Shown piece after piece: positions 9,815-18,124 of a stretch of DNA of 33,927 bases; within the stretch, counting starts at the first letter, position 1; each line of letters starts with the position of its first letter. This DNA comes from Candidatus Hadarchaeales archaeon (GTDB taxonomy: Archaea; Hadarchaeota; Hadarchaeia; Hadarchaeales; Hadarchaeaceae). The DNA is taken from NCBI GenBank assembly GCA_038872135.1, contig JAVZGN010000011.1, positions 1 to 33,927 of the forward strand. The letters run 5' to 3'. The notes under the pieces were generated by a model. It saw nothing but the letters and a program-made list of their open reading frames with translations, had not been told where the DNA came from and ran no database searches. The position numbers and the translations under genes were made by a program.

Positions 9815-10475
9815 TACAGCAAATATCGATGAGATAAAGGAGATTGTTCAGTGGGGAATAATCTCCGGCGTGACAACAAACCAGAAGATATTTTTGGCTG
9901 AGAAAGGCGTTAGCTTCAGAACTCGGGCGCTCGAGATCCTTTCGCTGGTCAAGGGGCACCTCAGCCTAGAGCTGACAAAAACTAACAGCACGGTGGAAGA
10001 GCTTGTGGAGGAAGCTAGGGAATACTGGAGCTGGGATCCGGAGAGCGTTGTCATAAAGGTTCCGATGTTCCCCGATGGGCGTGGATTGAAAATTGTTCAG
10101 AAGCTTAAGGAGGCGGGCATGAGGACAAACATGACGGTGCTCGTGAACACCAACCAGGTGCTACTTGCAGCGAAGGCGGGGGCAGATTTTGCAAGCATCT
10201 TCTTCAACCGGGCGAAAGATGCTGGGATAGATCCAGTCAAGGTCATCCGTGAATCAAAGCAGATAATCGAGGAAGGAGGGTTCAAGACCAGGATTATTGT
10301 GGGGAGCATAAGAAAGCCGGAGGATGTCGCAGAGGCCGCAGTGGCCGGCGCCCACATAATAACAATCCCATACAAGATTTTGAAGCAGATGGTGTATCAT
10401 CCAAAAACTGAGGAAACCATAGCAGAGTTTGACAGATGCTGGGCGGAGTTCAGGCAGGCTGAGAGAAAAGCATAA
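9798..10475 (+). CDS. tal: Transaldolase (short TalC/FSA-like subfamily)
   Basis: FLDTAN, GVTTN, Schiff-base Lys in VVIKVP, TNMT, SIR, TIP. Glu (SLEL) and Phe (SIFFNR) at the discriminating positions favour transaldolase over FSA. Confidence 0.85.
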   Translation: MEIFLDTANIDEIKEIVQWGIISGVTTNQKIFLAEKGVSFRTRALEILSLVKGHLSLELTKTNSTVEELVEEAREYWSWDPESVVIKVPMFPDGRGLKIVQKLKEAGMRTNMTVLVNTNQVLLAAKAGADFASIFFNRAKDAGIDPVKVIRESKQIIEEGGFKTRIIVGSIRKPEDVAEAAVAGAHIITIPYKILKQMVYHPKTEETIAEFDRCWAEFRQAERKA

Positions 10476-11166
10476 TTTTTCCCAAAGAAACAAGCCTGCG
10501 GAATTCTCTGAGGCCGCTGGGATTCCCAATTTCGTAGAATCTCTGGGTTGTTTCATAAGCTAGAAGTTGTTTCCTTTTTATCAATTCCTGGAAGAGAAAT
10601 TCTAGGTCAAGCTTTTTCGCTGGAGGAACAAATTCGAGTGCTTTTTTTCGTAGGACGGAAACCCCAAAATCAATATACACCATCTCTTTGACTCTTTTCT
10701 TTTTGCTGTAGTACTTGACTAGATTACCCTCCACAACCGTGTTACTTTTGCCATATCTATCAAAGTTTTTGTAGACAACCATCAGCCCAAGCTTTCTAAA
10801 CTTTCTAAAGTAATTCATGACATTCTTGTAGTCCAAGATGAGATAGGCATCACCATATGTGAGAAAGAAAATATCTTCGAGGAGAGGCTCTGCGTTTTTT
10901 AAAGCTCCCGCCGTTCCCAAGAGGTCCTTTTCCTCGCTGTATTTGATATTTACTCCAAATTTTCTTCCATCGCCGAAGTATTGCTTGATTTTTTCACCAA
11001 GATATCCGACGCAGAGAACAATATCTGAGATTCCGTTGTTCTTGAGAAGATTTATCTGGTATTCAAGAAAAGGCCTGCCGCGAATATTTACCATTGCTTT
11101 AGGAATTCTTTCTGTTATCGGCCGCAGCCTCTCTCCAAGACCCCCAGCCAGTATCACAGCCTGCAT
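10450..11166 (-). CDS. Sugar-phosphate nucleotidyltransferase (HddC/GDP-mannose pyrophosphorylase-like)
   Basis: AVILAGGLGERLRP...PK, LGTAGAL, YGD, EIGNP. Start ATG 11166 after a GGGTG RBS. Confidence 0.88.
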   Translation of the reverse strand: MQAVILAGGLGERLRPITERIPKAMVNIRGRPFLEYQINLLKNNGISDIVLCVGYLGEKIKQYFGDGRKFGVNIKYSEEKDLLGTAGALKNAEPLLEDIFFLTYGDAYLILDYKNVMNYFRKFRKLGLMVVYKNFDRYGKSNTVVEGNLVKYYSKKKRVKEMVYIDFGVSVLRKKALEFVPPAKKLDLEFLFQELIKRKQLLAYETTQRFYEIGNPSGLREFRRLVSLGKIMLFSQPA

Positions 11167-11268
11167 CACCCTAATTTCCAAGTGGATAAATATATCCTCA
11201 ATCTTTCTGATCAATTTGTCATGCGTTTCAGCAATTCCCTTATATTTATCGGCACCGAAATGAGCTAG

Positions 11269-12195
11269 ATGACAAAAATCTTGGTTACAGGTGGAGCAGG
11301 TTTCATAGGCTCAAACATCGTCAGGGGAGCACTGGAGAAGGGATGGGAAGTCAGAGTTCTCGACAATCTCTTCCTTGGAAGTTCTGAAAATCTCAAGGAC
11401 ATAATGTCCGACATCGAGTTTTTTAGGGGAGATGTCAGGGACGAGAGGGTTGTAAAAAAGGCTGTAAAAGGCATTGACTACATCTTCCACCAGGCAGCGG
11501 TTTCCTCTTCCCAGATGTTTGTCCCAGATCCAGCTCTAGGAATTTCCGTGAATGTAGTTGGATTTGCAAATCTTCTGAGGTGTGCGCATGAGGAAGGCGT
11601 CAAAAGGGTTGTTCACGCTTCCACCTCCACCATCTATGGTTCTCTTCCAACCCCCTTCAGGGAGGACATGCACATCCCGAGGTGCGGCAATTTCTACTCA
11701 ATGACAAAGTTTGCCGCCGAACACCTGGCCAAGACATACACCGCCGAAAAGGGGCTGGAAACAGTTGGGCTAAGATATTTCAGCGTCTATGGGCCCGGCG
11801 AGAGGCCAAAGGGGAAGTATGCAAATTTGATAACTCAGTTTGTGTGGGCAATGAAGAAAGGAGAAAGGCCGGTGATCTATGGGGATGGCACCCAGACCAG
11901 AGATTTCATTCACGTGAGTGATGTTGTGAGGGCAAATCTGCTTGCAGCGCAGAGAAGAGGGGTTGCCGGCGAGGTCTTCAATGTTGGAACCGGAAGGCCA
12001 ATCTCAGTGAACGATGCCACAAAGCTTTTGAACGAATATCTTGGAACAGATATAAAGCCGATTTACAAACCCAATCCAATCGTGGGTTATGTTTATAAAC
12101 ACCAAGCTGACACAACAAAAGCAAAGAGAATGCTGGGGTTTGAGGCCAAAATTCCTTTTGAGAAAGGCCTGAAAATGCTCATAGAGTGTTATTGA
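11269..12195 (+). CDS. NAD-dependent epimerase/dehydratase (extended SDR)
   Basis: TGGAGFIGS, HQAA, YSMTK, LRYFSVYGP, GDGTQTRDF, FNVGTG. Confidence 0.92.
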   Translation: MTKILVTGGAGFIGSNIVRGALEKGWEVRVLDNLFLGSSENLKDIMSDIEFFRGDVRDERVVKKAVKGIDYIFHQAAVSSSQMFVPDPALGISVNVVGFANLLRCAHEEGVKRVVHASTSTIYGSLPTPFREDMHIPRCGNFYSMTKFAAEHLAKTYTAEKGLETVGLRYFSVYGPGERPKGKYANLITQFVWAMKKGERPVIYGDGTQTRDFIHVSDVVRANLLAAQRRGVAGEVFNVGTGRPISVNDATKLLNEYLGTDIKPIYKPNPIVGYVYKHQADTTKAKRMLGFEAKIPFEKGLKMLIECY

Positions 12196-12638
12196 TGAAT
12201 GTTCAAAGGCCTGTGCTAGCTTTGGTTCTCCTTTTGTTGCTCGCCGGCCTTTGCATCTACAGCTGGGTAGACTATGAGAATCATCTCCCCTACCCAACGA
12301 GAAAAATGATAGAGGAAAACTACCAAGAGTTTATTGGGAAAGAGGTTTTCATTTTCGGAGAGATCAGAGAAATCTCTGGCAGCGAAGCGACGGTTGTAGC
12401 TGGCGGCTCACCATTTACTGCCGCCCCGATTTCAGGAAAGGTGGGTGATCTCGTGGAAATAGTCGGAGTTCTCGGAGAAAACTACAGTCTCTTGGTGCGG
12501 AGCAGTCTGGTTTATGATAGGCAGAGCTACCAGATGGAATTTGTGCGGTCGGCAGCCGGCGCAGTCCTCTTGGTCTGGATGTTTTTCAGCAGCTGGAAGT
12601 TTACATGGAGAAAATTCAGATTTGAGGAGGTGAAGTGA
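12195..12638 (+). CDS. Hypothetical membrane protein (two TM helices flanking a small beta, possibly OB-like, domain)
   Basis: N- and C-terminal hydrophobic helices; start and stop overlap with both neighbours. Confidence 0.7.
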   Translation: MNVQRPVLALVLLLLLAGLCIYSWVDYENHLPYPTRKMIEENYQEFIGKEVFIFGEIREISGSEATVVAGGSPFTAAPISGKVGDLVEIVGVLGENYSLLVRSSLVYDRQSYQMEFVRSAAGAVLLVWMFFSSWKFTWRKFRFEEVK

Positions 12639-13099
12639 TGCCAGACTGGATAGCCCATCTCCTTGTGGCGTGGAGCGCTGGAAGACTGTTGGAGGTGAGA
12701 AAATCAATTTCGAAATCAGAAATCGTGGTGCTGATGTTTGGCGCAGTTCTCCCGGACATCGTTGCAATAAACTACCTTCTGAGCTGGATGGGGGTAGATC
12801 CCGGGGGGTTGCTCCTTCCATTTCACACGATAGCCGGCGCCCTGGTGGTGAGTGCCCTCGTCTCTCTACTGTTTATGAAGAGCCTGAGGAAATTTTATCT
12901 GCTCGCGGCCGGCGTGATGAGCCACTTTGCCCTCGATTCCCTCCTCCTCCACGCTGGCGGGGGGATGGTGCTTCTTTTCCCCTTCAGCTGGATGTCCGGG
13001 TTTCAGTTCGGGGTGGTTTCCCCGGACAGTTGGATTCCGGCTCTCTGCAGCATTTTCATAGCCGCCGTGATCTTCTTTTCGACTAGAAAGTTGAGATGA
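12635..13099 (+). CDS. Membrane-bound metal-dependent hydrolase (YdjM-like)
   Basis: PDWIAH, GAVLPD, FHT, SHFALD motif set with several TM helices; GAGGTGA RBS. Confidence 0.8.
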   Translation: MMPDWIAHLLVAWSAGRLLEVRKSISKSEIVVLMFGAVLPDIVAINYLLSWMGVDPGGLLLPFHTIAGALVVSALVSLLFMKSLRKFYLLAAGVMSHFALDSLLLHAGGGMVLLFPFSWMSGFQFGVVSPDSWIPALCSIFIAAVIFFSTRKLR

Positions 13100-13101
13100 T
13101 T

Positions 13102-14295
13102 TTATTTCTTCTCGACTATGAGGACGTTGCGCCTAATTTCTTTCACTATCAGTTCATCTCCCCTTTTGGCCCCTTTTTCACATCTAGCCCTCCAGAATTC
13201 GTCCCCAAGCTTCACCATCCCCGTTGGCTTGAGATCGGTTACTGCGATGACTTCCTTCCCCAGAATTTCCTTCCTTCTCTTCCTGGGAGTGCTGGTCCTC
13301 TTGGCGTGAGCAATCAAAAGGGAAATTGTACAGACAGTTGCAACAATAACCGCGCCGCTCACCAAATCAAAGAAAGCCACCCACGGCTCCTTTCCCAGAA
13401 GGGCCATCCCGGCAACTACTCCTCCGACACCTCCCACTCCAAGAAGAATCGGGCCGGAGGCGGCCACGGCATAGCCAACAGCCAGAAGCCCAAGACAGAG
13501 AACAGCGAGGCCAGCGTGGTCGATGTTCAGCCAGATCAGCCCGGCTCCGGCAGCAGCGAGGAAAATTATCCCGGCCACTCCAGGGAGCCTAAGGCCAGGG
13601 AGAGATATCTCGGCCAGCAGGCCCAAAAATCCCGCCAGGAAAAAGAAGAGGGAGATCTGGGGGTTGCTCAGGAAGTCCAGTGCCACTTCTATGGGTCCAG
13701 GTTTGAGTTCCTCCGGTGCCCCATAAAAGTCGAGCATCCCTCGAAGCTCCTCTTGGGTGGAAGCAAGCCCGTCTATCAGATTATCTACCATCGCTTCCTC
13801 CGCTGTAAGAGATTTTCCCGCTGAAACTATTTCTCCAGCTATTCTCTGCGTCCTTCCCCTAACCCCAGCAATGTTTTCCGCCCATTCGGTGAGATTCATT
13901 GAAAGTGCTGGGTCAGCTAAAACTGGTGCTGCCGGCCCTATTGCTGTTCCTGCGCCAGCCACAGCCATCCGGGAGGCCAGCAAAAGGAAGTATCCAGAGA
14001 AACTGGCTCTAGCGCCAGATGGAGCAACCCAAGCAACGGTGAGGCAAACATTTTCAAGCATTTTTTCAACAACCCTCCTTGTGGGATTGAGAAGGCCTTC
14101 ACCACCGTTCAGCTTGATTATGAGAATCGCGTTCTCCCGCCCGGCTCTTTCCATCACCCTCACTAGAAAATCCGCTGTCCCAGCGTTTACTCCTCCCACC
14201 TCAACAACATATGCTTTTGAACTTCCGCCGCCCAAGAGCGTGGCCGGGAAGAGAAGCAGGATTGCAATTGAAATCGCAGCGCAGATTTTCCTCAA
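13102..14295 (-). CDS. nfeD: Long NfeD family protein (ClpP-like domain, TM region, C-terminal OB domain); catalytic residues apparently lost
   Basis: Signal peptide, VAPSGARA, GTAIG.A.PV, LTAEEA, NP.I...G..GL.AE...PG, C-terminal DLKPTGMVKLGDEFWRA. Confidence 0.85.
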   Translation of the reverse strand: MRKICAAISIAILLLFPATLLGGGSSKAYVVEVGGVNAGTADFLVRVMERAGRENAILIIKLNGGEGLLNPTRRVVEKMLENVCLTVAWVAPSGARASFSGYFLLLASRMAVAGAGTAIGPAAPVLADPALSMNLTEWAENIAGVRGRTQRIAGEIVSAGKSLTAEEAMVDNLIDGLASTQEELRGMLDFYGAPEELKPGPIEVALDFLSNPQISLFFFLAGFLGLLAEISLPGLRLPGVAGIIFLAAAGAGLIWLNIDHAGLAVLCLGLLAVGYAVAASGPILLGVGGVGGVVAGMALLGKEPWVAFFDLVSGAVIVATVCTISLLIAHAKRTSTPRKRRKEILGKEVIAVTDLKPTGMVKLGDEFWRARCEKGAKRGDELIVKEIRRNVLIVEKK

Positions 14296-14333
14296 GGTTC
14301 ACCAACAATTCTCTCCCGGCGATAAAAAATAGG

Positions 14334-14425
14334 TGGGCCCGGAGGGAGTTGAACCCTCGATCTCTACCTTGTAAGGGTAGCGTTTGTTAGGCCTGGAAGC
14401 CTCTTAACCGCTAGACTACGGGCCC
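14334..14425 (-). tRNA. tRNA-Val(TAC) with 19-nt non-canonical intron at 23/24 (intron 14384-14402)
   Basis: Acceptor GGGCCCG/CGGGCCC-A, anticodon arm CTACC-CTTACAA-GGTAG, T arm GAGGG-TTCAACT-CCCTC. D stem GTCT/AGAC is restored only after removing a BHB-flanked insert. Confidence 0.93.
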
Positions 14426-14456
14426 ATCAAAAATTCCCCTTCAAAGGGTAAAAATG

Positions 14457-15611
14457 CTAAATCCTCCCCACCACCATCAGGATTTCTAGGATAACTATCA
14501 GGAAGATGAGGATAATGCTGAGAATCTCCATTGATGTCGACCTCTGGATGTCTATCCTCTTGACCACAAGCCCATAGAGGTCCTCCAGCCTCTCAAGCTT
14601 TTTGTCCACCATGCTCAGCCACTCTGAAATCCTGAAGCGCTCGCCGGCGAGACGATAGAGCTTCCCAAGATACCACTCCCCCGTGAGCTTCTGGATGTTT
14701 CTGGCATCTTCGAGGAGATCGGTTATCTCAATCCTGAACTCCGCCAGCTCCCTCATGGTTCTCATGAGCTGCCCATATTTCCTTCCCCAGACGAGCCTTC
14801 CCCCTTTTCCAATAAGCGCCCGCGTTGTCAGGTAGGCCTCGGTTGCCTTGATGTCCAGCAGTCGGTCGTATGTCCGGAGCTCCAAGAGTTGAATGAGGGC
14901 CAGCTCAAGGATGCGGAGGAAGTCGTCCATGTAATCCACTGCCCCGCTTATGAGAGAAGAATACCAGTCAACGATGATGATGTCGTCGTCTGTGTAGCTG
15001 AGGTAGGCTTTCAGGGCATCTTCTGCCTCCTTCTCGCTCAGCTCCCGCCAGTTTCTCTCCCCTCTGAGAAGACCGGCTGTCTGCTTCCTGAACTTTGTGA
15101 GGAAATCCTGGGCGTCAAGCCGCGGGTCCGACTCCGTGATGACAACAGTTGTGTAAATCTGGGGCTGCTCCATCATCGGATAGGGGTGGGCGATTGCTTC
15201 AGAAATTTCCTTTTTGAGATCCATCATGAACTTCAGCGGGATTTCGTCAAAATCTACATCCTTCCCCTCAAACTTCACTTTCCCCTCGTTCAGTCCCGTG
15301 AGCTTTATCAACCCATCGAATGTGAGCTTCCTGAACTCTACAGAAACGCAAATTTCGATCACCCCCAGAGGGAATATCTTCCCCTCCACGATAGCCCGAT
15401 GTTTGTCTACCCTCACGGCTCCAAGATCTATCTCTAGGGGAACCAGCCCAACCTCCTCATATTTTGGGGCGAGGATGCGGTCGCCCCTCTTCTTCGGGCG
15501 CTCAATCAGAGTGAATTTTTCCTTTTGGATCTTTTCCATCTCTATGTCTCCGCCTATGTCATACAGGTACTGGAAGATGATGCGGCCACTCAGGATTGGT
15601 GATTCCGACAT
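14457..15611 (-). CDS. Conserved hypothetical protein, RMD1/DUF155-like, with C-terminal TM helix
   Basis: 384-aa ORF; helical C-half (QLLELRTYD...WYLGKLY...W...VDKKL) ending in a single hydrophobic helix. Family call is tentative. Confidence 0.65.
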   Translation of the reverse strand: MSESPILSGRIIFQYLYDIGGDIEMEKIQKEKFTLIERPKKRGDRILAPKYEEVGLVPLEIDLGAVRVDKHRAIVEGKIFPLGVIEICVSVEFRKLTFDGLIKLTGLNEGKVKFEGKDVDFDEIPLKFMMDLKKEISEAIAHPYPMMEQPQIYTTVVITESDPRLDAQDFLTKFRKQTAGLLRGERNWRELSEKEAEDALKAYLSYTDDDIIIVDWYSSLISGAVDYMDDFLRILELALIQLLELRTYDRLLDIKATEAYLTTRALIGKGGRLVWGRKYGQLMRTMRELAEFRIEITDLLEDARNIQKLTGEWYLGKLYRLAGERFRISEWLSMVDKKLERLEDLYGLVVKRIDIQRSTSMEILSIILIFLIVILEILMVVGRI

Positions 15612-15696
15612 TCCACCAAAAGAGCTTGGGCGGCGGAGTTTAAGGTTCTAGCGATGGTGCTCAAGCCTGTTTCCGACACCAACAGCCGAAACAATA

Positions 15697-15727
15697 ACAA
15701 AAAAAGGAAGGGGAGAAAAATCAACCC
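15697..15727 (-). terminator. Putative intrinsic terminator after the 414-aa/66-aa operon
   Basis: Minus strand reads GGGG-ttgatttttct-CCCC followed by a T7 tract, just after the stop codon. Confidence 0.45.
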
Positions 15728-15928
15728 CTACCAGCCAAGCTCAGATATTCCATTGTCAAACTCAGAGCCAGTGTCGCCGAGGAACTGCTCGAGATCACCC
15801 AGCTCGGTGTCCAGCGGGTCCATCTCAGAGGTCTGGACCCCGACCTGCAGACCCTTGAAAGCGGCAAAGCCGGCAATGACAACCAGAGCTATCACTATCA
15901 CAGCAACCACAGCTCTTTTCCTGTTCAT
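15728..15928 (-). CDS. Small membrane-anchored protein with acidic C-terminus
   Basis: Basic N-terminus, one hydrophobic helix, D/E-rich tail; ATGA overlap with the upstream gene and GGAGG RBS. Confidence 0.72.
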   Translation of the reverse strand: MNRKRAVVAVIVIALVVIAGFAAFKGLQVGVQTSEMDPLDTELGDLEQFLGDTGSEFDNGISELGW

Positions 15929-17169
15929 CGTCCTCCCTCCTGAACCTCACCAGTTCCAAGGGTCACTTCCGTCGCTGTCCCCCAATCTCCCGCGAAGTAC
16001 TTGTTTTCGCCGAAAGTCCTGTAGGTCCCGCTCCCACTCACAGTAACGCTGCCGGAGCCGTGAGCGGCGATTATCACTTCGTCGGCGGTGGTTCCCGGCG
16101 TTGAGATGTAGACGGTGATGTCGTGGCCGGTCACCTTTCCATAGCCCTTTCCAACATACTCCTTTTCGCCATTCTCAAGTAGAGTGTATGTATAGTCTAC
16201 GAATCCGATGATGTTCGCATTTTGTGAAATTCTTACGACTACATTGTCGACGAGGGCCCAGATTTTGACAACGCCTCCCTGCAGAGAGATCGCTGCCGTG
16301 CCGCTTCCTTTTCCGACGAAGCTTCCGCAGCCCGAAAGATTAACAGTTCTGTTTGCCGCTCTGATTTCCCTCACTATGTCTCTGAGATTCCTCAGGGCGT
16401 TCCTCAGATATTCAGAACCATACCTAACATGCTTGCTCACTACCCAAAAGATATCCAAGAAGGTGATGTTGTCAGTAATCTCGGCAACCTTTTGCTTGGC
16501 GTTCTCTATCCTCGAAGAGGCTTCCTGGATGTGGTCGCTGAAATCTTGAAGCCAACTCTCCAGCTTTGCCGTGTCAACTCCGCTTTCCTTCAGCTCCGCG
16601 ATTCTCGCCTCAATTCTCGCCGCCAGCGCCTCGCACCTCCTCAGGATCGCTTCTGCTGCGGCAACCATCACCTGGGCTGTTATCTGTTTGACCCTCACCC
16701 TTATCCTGAGCCAGTAGTTTCTCATGGCGTCAACAGCGCTTTTTACCCCTCCAACAACGGCGTTTTGGATCTGGACCTTGTAGTTGTTCAGTTCTGCAAT
16801 GTAGTTATCCAGCTCGTTAACGAGTGCAGTTTTTTCCTCCTCTGTTAGCCCCCTGGATGCCCGAATTCTCGCCTTGAGCATCTCCAGATGTTTTATCATC
16901 ATCTCACATGCCTTTTCTGCAGAGTTCTTCGCCTTCTCCACAAAGTCGCTGAGAGATATCTGTCCATGCCTCCACCGGTATCTGGCCAGCAAGAACTCTT
17001 CCCTCGCTGAGAGCCACTCGTTGATCGCTTGAAGGAACGCCTGCCTAGCAGCGATGTACGCTTCCCGCAGGCTCTCCCAGCTTTGAGCCGTGGTCTGGGC
17101 ACCAACCGCTGGCACCGCAACTGTCAGCATCATCGCCACCAGCGCCACTGCCCCAATCTTTTTCTTCAT
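15925..17169 (-). CDS. Secreted protein with long alpha-helical/coiled-coil region and Gly-rich beta C-terminal domain
   Basis: Signal peptide MKKKIGAVALVAMMLTVAVPAVGA; GGAGG RBS; heptad-rich to about residue 275, then G/S/T/V-rich beta strands. Confidence 0.8.
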   Translation of the reverse strand: MKKKIGAVALVAMMLTVAVPAVGAQTTAQSWESLREAYIAARQAFLQAINEWLSAREEFLLARYRWRHGQISLSDFVEKAKNSAEKACEMMIKHLEMLKARIRASRGLTEEEKTALVNELDNYIAELNNYKVQIQNAVVGGVKSAVDAMRNYWLRIRVRVKQITAQVMVAAAEAILRRCEALAARIEARIAELKESGVDTAKLESWLQDFSDHIQEASSRIENAKQKVAEITDNITFLDIFWVVSKHVRYGSEYLRNALRNLRDIVREIRAANRTVNLSGCGSFVGKGSGTAAISLQGGVVKIWALVDNVVVRISQNANIIGFVDYTYTLLENGEKEYVGKGYGKVTGHDITVYISTPGTTADEVIIAAHGSGSVTVSGSGTYRTFGENKYFAGDWGTATEVTLGTGEVQEGGR

Positions 17170-17295
17170 TTTTTATCCCTCCTGGAGTTCGGGTGAAGCT
17201 CCCCGGACGGCCCCTATCACCGCCCGGCTCATCGATTTCACTTCAACCTCTCTTCAGATATCTTCTAAAGCACTCTTTCTTCAGCCACGCGAAAG

Positions 17296-17331
17296 AAGCT
17301 TTTAAAACCCTCCAAATGGTTTATAAAGCTT
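17296..17331. promoter_or_regulatory. 14-bp imperfect inverted repeat overlapping TATA-like boxes in a divergent promoter
   Basis: AAGCTTTTAAAACC-N8-GGTTTATAAAGCTT (12/14 paired); also the palindrome ATAAAGCTTTAT at 17323-17334. Confidence 0.55.
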
Positions 17332-17389
17332 TATCCGAGACGGGAATCCTTTAGAAAAGATTTTTATTCGCAAACCGCCAGTTTCGCTT

Positions 17390-18100
17390 GTGCATGGAAG
17401 AATTCTTCTCTCAGCAATGATGGTCCTCATTTTTGTCAGCTCCGCTCCAACCGTCGCTCAGGAGAATACCGCGAGGATATACGGAAAAGTCTATTACTGG
17501 TTCACGCTTGAGCCGATGCCGGGTGCAATCGTGACGATTTCCACAACCCCGGAGCAGAGGATGGTGGCGGAAAATGGAGAATATTCGTTTGAAGTCCCGC
17601 TAGGAGTTTATGAGATAAAAGCAGAATATTTCGTGCGGGGGACGCTCATCTATGAGGATGCAGACAACATCGAAGTTCTCGCCCCAGGGGATTATCGCAT
17701 AGATTTCCTGCTTTTCCCCGTGATGGAAAATCTGGAAATGCCCGAGAACATCGATTCGGAGATCGAGGTTGAGAGGGGCGAAATCTGGGCGCCTCTGGCG
17801 GCTGCGGGCATAGCTGTTGTCTTAATTTTTGCGGTCTATCTTGGCGTTAAAAAGCTGCGTAAGCCGCCGAAATCATCGCCTCCGCCGGTTAAGGTGGTGG
17901 GGTTACCAGAGGACCTCAAAGAAATCGTGAATCTCCTGAGGGAAAGTGGGGGAAGGATGAATCAAACCGAGCTCAGGAAGAAGCTCCCATACTCGGAGGC
18001 CAAGGTGAGCCTGATGCTATCAGATCTAGAAGACCGCAGGATCATAAGAAAGGTCAAGAAGGGGCGAGCGAACATCATCATCCTCACGGAGCTGGGATGA
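17390..18100 (+). CDS. Membrane-anchored winged-HTH protein (signal peptide, extracellular beta-sandwich, TM, cytoplasmic wHTH; COG2512-like)
   Basis: Signal peptide; carboxypeptidase-regulatory-like domain (IYGKVY...PMPGAIVTI...NGEYSFEVPLGVYEIKA); one TM; wHTH GGRMNQTELRKKLPYSEAKVSLMLSDLE...KKGRANII. Confidence 0.82.
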   Translation: MHGRILLSAMMVLIFVSSAPTVAQENTARIYGKVYYWFTLEPMPGAIVTISTTPEQRMVAENGEYSFEVPLGVYEIKAEYFVRGTLIYEDADNIEVLAPGDYRIDFLLFPVMENLEMPENIDSEIEVERGEIWAPLAAAGIAVVLIFAVYLGVKKLRKPPKSSPPPVKVVGLPEDLKEIVNLLRESGGRMNQTELRKKLPYSEAKVSLMLSDLEDRRIIRKVKKGRANIIILTELG

Positions 18101-18124
18101 AATTTTGGGATGGCCGGCCAAATG

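Noticed and set aside
13096-13824. 242-aa plus-strand ORF and the many other antisense ORFs in the track (e.g. 3538-4056, 14889-15437, 27802-28347, 32025-32690)
   Set aside because: They lie opposite well-supported genes and show no recognisable motifs; treated as shadow ORFs.
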